Shown piece by piece: positions 60,671 through 64,000 of a stretch of 64,000 nucleotides of DNA. Position 1 is the first letter of the stretch. Each line of letters starts with the position of its first letter. Under the pieces are notes generated by a model. The model saw only the letters and a list, made by a program, of their open reading frames with translations. It did no database searches and had not been told where the DNA came from. The translations under genes and the position numbers were made by a program. The stretch is taken from NCBI GenBank assembly GCA_963755915.1, contig CAVWLP010000002.1, positions 1,664,001-1,728,000 of the forward strand. The letters run 5' to 3'. The DNA is from an uncultured Phycisphaerales bacterium (GTDB taxonomy: Bacteria; Planctomycetota; Phycisphaerae; Tepidisphaerales; Tepidisphaeraceae).

Positions 60671-60979
60671 TTATATCTTCAGATAAGCCGCTTGCTCCTT
60701 ATCCGGAACCATCCCACATTCCGGACACCGACCCGGCGAACCGCGCAAATCATATCCACAGCCCACGCACTGCCCCGCGTAAAACCGCCGCCAAATTCGC
60801 CGCCGCTGAATCCCCTTCATCGTGCCCACGATGATCAAGGCTGAGATCACCACCCAGATCAGGGCAAAGCCCGCACCGAGTGTCAGGCGCGATCGGAACC
60901 TCTGCGCCACAATCGCAACCGCGATTACCGGCAAATAGACCAGCAGCCATCGAAACGGATATTGCGACCGAGTCCTCAT
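60671..60979 (-). CDS. Small 2-TM protein with C-terminal Zn ribbon
   Basis: GQCVGCGYDLRGSPGRCPECG. Confidence 0.75.
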   Translation of the reverse strand: MRTRSQYPFRWLLVYLPVIAVAIVAQRFRSRLTLGAGFALIWVVISALIIVGTMKGIQRRRIWRRFYAGQCVGCGYDLRGSPGRCPECGMVPDKEQAAYLKI

Positions 60980-61035
60980 CCCCGGCGATTATACCAGCGG
61001 GCGATTACCGGGGGCCGAGAAGAGCGGGCAGCCCA

Positions 61036-61154
61036 GTACGGTGGGCGTACTCGCCCACCATCTCAGGGCACGCTCTGCGGCCGAAATGCCGTTCGGCGAG
61101 ATTGCAAAGTCCGCGGGCGAGCAATCCAAACGATGGGCGATTACGCCCCCCTAC
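61036..61154 (+). mobile_element. REPIN/MITE-like element, copy 2
   Basis: gtacggtgggcgtactcgcccacc..gaaatgccgt..attgcaaagtccgcgg..aatccaaacg..gcccccctac; direct repeat of copy 1. Confidence 0.8.
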
Positions 61155-61250
61155 GGGGCTTACCACTAAGAGAAATTTTTCTACGCACGCACAAATACCG
61201 GATCAGCGCCGCGGCCCATGTTCCGAACCTACGAACATCGAGGTTCGTTC

Positions 61251-62669
61251 ATGCGGTCATATACCCGGCCATTCATGTTGCTGGAGCCCCTGGAAAGACG
61301 GCTCCTTTTATCGTCGGGCGGTCCCGCTTTCGCTCACATTGTCGTCCTGCTGGAAGAGAACCACGCCGCCGCGGAAATCTACCCCATTACCGACGCCCCC
61401 TATATAAACTCCCTCGCTGCCGGCGGCGCGGAATTCACCCAATCTTACGCCATAACCCATCCCTCCGAGCCAAACTACCTCGCACTCTTCTCCGGCTCCA
61501 CGCAAGGCGTCACCGACGACGGAAACTACTCATTCAACGGCCCAAACCTCGCCACCGAACTCCAGGCCGCCGGCCTCGGCTTCACTGGCTATGCCGAATC
61601 CCCCAGCGTCCAAAAACACGACCCCTGGCAAAGTTTTCCAAGCTCCGCCAACGACGGCGAAGACTTTTCCGATTTCCCCTCAGACTACTCGCAGCTCCCC
61701 GCTTTAAGCTTTGTCGTCCCGGATCTGAATGACGATATGCACGATGGCAGCGTCGCCCAGGGCGATGCCTGGGCCCAGGCCAACATCAACGGCTACGCCC
61801 AGTGGGCCAAGACCCACAACAGTCTGCTCATTGTCTACTGGGATGAAGACGACTACGAACATAACAACAATATCCCCACCATATTTTATGGCGCCGACGT
61901 GGTCCCCGGCGTCTATTCAGAAACATTCAACGACTACGGCGTTCTGCGTACGATTGAAGCTGCTTTTAACCTGCCGCTACTCGGCAACTCAGCCAACGCG
62001 ACCCCGATAACCGACGTATTCCAAACCGCGCAACCGACACCCACGCCTACGCCCACTCCAACACCAACGCCAACTCCGATCCCTACTCCAACACCGACTC
62101 CAGCGCCAACACCGACGCCGACTCCAACGCCGACTCCAACACCTGCTCCAACGCCCGCGCCCACTCCAACACCGACGCCGAGTCCAACACCGGCGCCCGC
62201 GCCTACTCCGCCGCCGCCTGCTCCGGCGCCAAATCCCACTCCGACCCCGGTATCCACGCCGACGCCGACGCCAACGCCAACGCCCGCGCCGCGTCCAACG
62301 CCGATATCGACTCCGACCCCGCCATCCCCTCCCGCGCCCAAGACGAAATCGGGGCATAAATCCGCTGCCCCAACTCGCCCGGTTCCAGTGGCTGCCCCAT
62401 TCAAAAACGTCGGCAATCCGCAAGGTTCCAGCACATCGCCCTGGGCGCCTCTTAATCAGAATCCGCCGCTGAATTACATCCTCCAGACCGGCACCCCATG
62501 GACGCCCGTGCCGTTCAATTTCGGTCCCGCTGGCGGCAACACAACCTGGCTGCTGGCGTACGGAAATCCGCCGACGAGCGGAAACTCCTCCACGCAAGGG
62601 CTGTACACCATTCCGGCCCTATTTCTGAACGGTTCGGAGCAGAGCAATATGTGGGGAACCGGCAACTAG
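61251..62669 (+). CDS. Phosphoesterase/acid phosphatase with LEPLExRxLL N-terminus and long Pro-Thr linker
   Basis: LEPLERRLLLS; HIVVLLEENH, THPSEPNYLALFSG, KHDPW, DDMHDG, WDED; about 100-aa PT-rich tract. Confidence 0.88.
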   Translation: MRSYTRPFMLLEPLERRLLLSSGGPAFAHIVVLLEENHAAAEIYPITDAPYINSLAAGGAEFTQSYAITHPSEPNYLALFSGSTQGVTDDGNYSFNGPNLATELQAAGLGFTGYAESPSVQKHDPWQSFPSSANDGEDFSDFPSDYSQLPALSFVVPDLNDDMHDGSVAQGDAWAQANINGYAQWAKTHNSLLIVYWDEDDYEHNNNIPTIFYGADVVPGVYSETFNDYGVLRTIEAAFNLPLLGNSANATPITDVFQTAQPTPTPTPTPTPTPTPIPTPTPTPAPTPTPTPTPTPTPAPTPAPTPTPTPSPTPAPAPTPPPPAPAPNPTPTPVSTPTPTPTPTPAPRPTPISTPTPPSPPAPKTKSGHKSAAPTRPVPVAAPFKNVGNPQGSSTSPWAPLNQNPPLNYILQTGTPWTPVPFNFGPAGGNTTWLLAYGNPPTSGNSSTQGLYTIPALFLNGSEQSNMWGTGN

Positions 62670-62703
62670 AAACCGGAGCGCAAAACCGGGACGAACGCGA
62701 AAC

Positions 62704-62738
62704 GGGGACGCAGCTAGTTAAAAACTAGCTGCGTCTCC
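62704..62738. terminator. Strong hairpin after the phosphoesterase gene
   Basis: gacgcagctagtt-aaa-aactagctgcgtc. Confidence 0.55.
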
Positions 62739-62865
62739 GTTTGCCGTTCCGCATCAGCGCAGCGGTGCGGCGAGAGTGTCGCTTGCGGAATTATATAAGA
62801 CCAATTTTGCGTCCCGAACCGCGCAGGATTCGCTGCGCATCGGCTGTACAATACCCCTGTCAGGG

Positions 62866-63489
62866 ATGATGAGGCTTCTTAGACATGGATTTTCCCTTCT
62901 CCTCGCGTTGGCGTCCTTCGTCAGCGCCTCACTGGCGATCTATTCCCATAGCACCCCAACGTACATTGCTCTCGCAACCGATATTCATGGCTCCTTCAAC
63001 CAGCAGCCCGTCATCCTGGGCGAGGCATATGCCGGCCTCTACGCCGGGGCTGGGGCCATCGGGTTCATACATCATTCCGAAGTAATCAACGACCCCGAAA
63101 ATGCATCCAGCGCCGCTCTCCCGCCGCGTTCGCCGCATCTGATATGGGACCACTCCGCAAACCCGGCCGCCACCCTTCAGGGCAGCGCCAGCCTCGACGA
63201 ACTATCCTACGCCAAAACTTACTGCAGCTTCGGCATGACTCTATATGACGGAGACGACGACTGGCTTGGCGGATCCCAAAATAATCGTGGCTGGCTCATA
63301 AATGTCTGGATGTTTATCCTCGTTCCGCCCCTTCTCATTTTTCTTCTCTTTGCAATCCCGAGCCTTCCTTTTCGTCGCACTCGTGTTCCTGGCCTCTGTC
63401 CAAATTGCCGATACGACCTTCGCGTTCAACTCGAAGGCCGCGCCGGCGCCAATTGCCCGGAATGCGGTCGAGCCGTGCGGTCCGCGTAA
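62866..63489 (+). CDS. Membrane protein with C-terminal Zn ribbon
   Basis: N- and C-terminal TM helices; GLCPNCRYDLR..CPECG. Confidence 0.75.
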   Translation: MMRLLRHGFSLLLALASFVSASLAIYSHSTPTYIALATDIHGSFNQQPVILGEAYAGLYAGAGAIGFIHHSEVINDPENASSAALPPRSPHLIWDHSANPAATLQGSASLDELSYAKTYCSFGMTLYDGDDDWLGGSQNNRGWLINVWMFILVPPLLIFLLFAIPSLPFRRTRVPGLCPNCRYDLRVQLEGRAGANCPECGRAVRSA

Positions 63490-63598
63490 CTGACACGACC
63501 AAGTGACGGACACCGGCGAAAAGGAGGCATTCGCTTGAATAGAAAATCTACGTATGATTACCAAAGGCACCAGCTCCACGAAATATAATACCCCAAAA

Positions 63599-63668
63599 CC
63601 CCCAGACTACCCATTTTATAGCGGCCTGTAAAGTTTTGTAAACCCTGCCCCCAGGACAAAAATCCATC
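63599..63668 (+). repeat. ~70-bp dispersed intergenic repeat (copy 2 of 2)
   Basis: Colinear with 25479-25548. Confidence 0.75.
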
Positions 63669-63774
63669 GATCGCCCCCGGCTCAACACTGGAGACTAGAA
63701 ACTCGAAGGTTCGTCGGTATATTCTACGCCAGCGTCGGCAGGATGCCGGCGGGTTCAACCAAGGATGGTGCTCC

Positions 63775-64000
63775 ATGCTCGGGCGGAAATCCCTTTTAGC
63801 TTTGGTATCGGGTTTTGCACTCATGGCCGGATGCTCCCAGTCGCATCCGCCGGTCGAGGGTACGGCTGCGCAGATTCCGCAGCGGCATTATTTGCCGCGC
63901 GAGGACGCTTCGCAGAAGCAAGCGCAGACGGCTGCGCCCACCGACACCGATTCCCAGGCCGATGATGCGGCGCTGCTGGCGCAGAAGACCTCGGAATATG
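63775..64000 (+). CDS. Putative lipoprotein, runs off the window
   Basis: MLGRKSLLALVSGFALMAGC lipobox; frame open to the window end. Confidence 0.7.
   Translation, partial: MLGRKSLLALVSGFALMAGCSQSHPPVEGTAAQIPQRHYLPREDASQKQAQTAAPTDTDSQADDAALLAQKTSEY

Noticed and set aside
62030-62340. Tandem repeat tract as CRISPR or DNA satellite
   Set aside because: It encodes a Pro-Thr linker with varied synonymous codons; no repeat-spacer structure and no cas genes in the window.

Overview
High-GC bacterial window, most likely from a Planctomycete of the Phycisphaerae/Tepidisphaerales type. The markers are PEP-CTERM proteins with dockerin-like GDANLDGxVN repeats, a DUF1559-like prepilin, an LEPLExRxLL N-terminus and CxxCGYDL..CPECG Zn-ribbon membrane proteins. 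Frequent 1-bp indels, even in essential genes, suggest an imperfect long-read assembly. The highlight is at the left end (1-5.9 kb): a tightly coupled pupylation-like operon. It comprises an AAA-ATPase C-terminus, a Dop-like enzyme, a 64-aa lysine-free Pup-like tag ending GGE, a PafA-like ligase, a fusion of a possible E2/UBC-like domain with a single Clp-type AAA+ module, and a TPR protein. No 20S proteasome genes sit where Actinobacteria carry them. The rest holds a low-GC islet with a fresh IS3 insertion, a ~24-kb glycan-utilisation-like locus built around PEP-CTERM and prepilin proteins, two TPR-glycosyltransferases, tRNA-Thr and tRNA-Gln, and the glmU-prs-rplY-pth-rpsF-ssb-rplI-dnaB cluster headed by a candidate ~110-nt structured RNA. 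There are also several families of short palindromic repeats, some of which are translated inside genes. All family calls come from recognising motifs by eye; no database searches were run.
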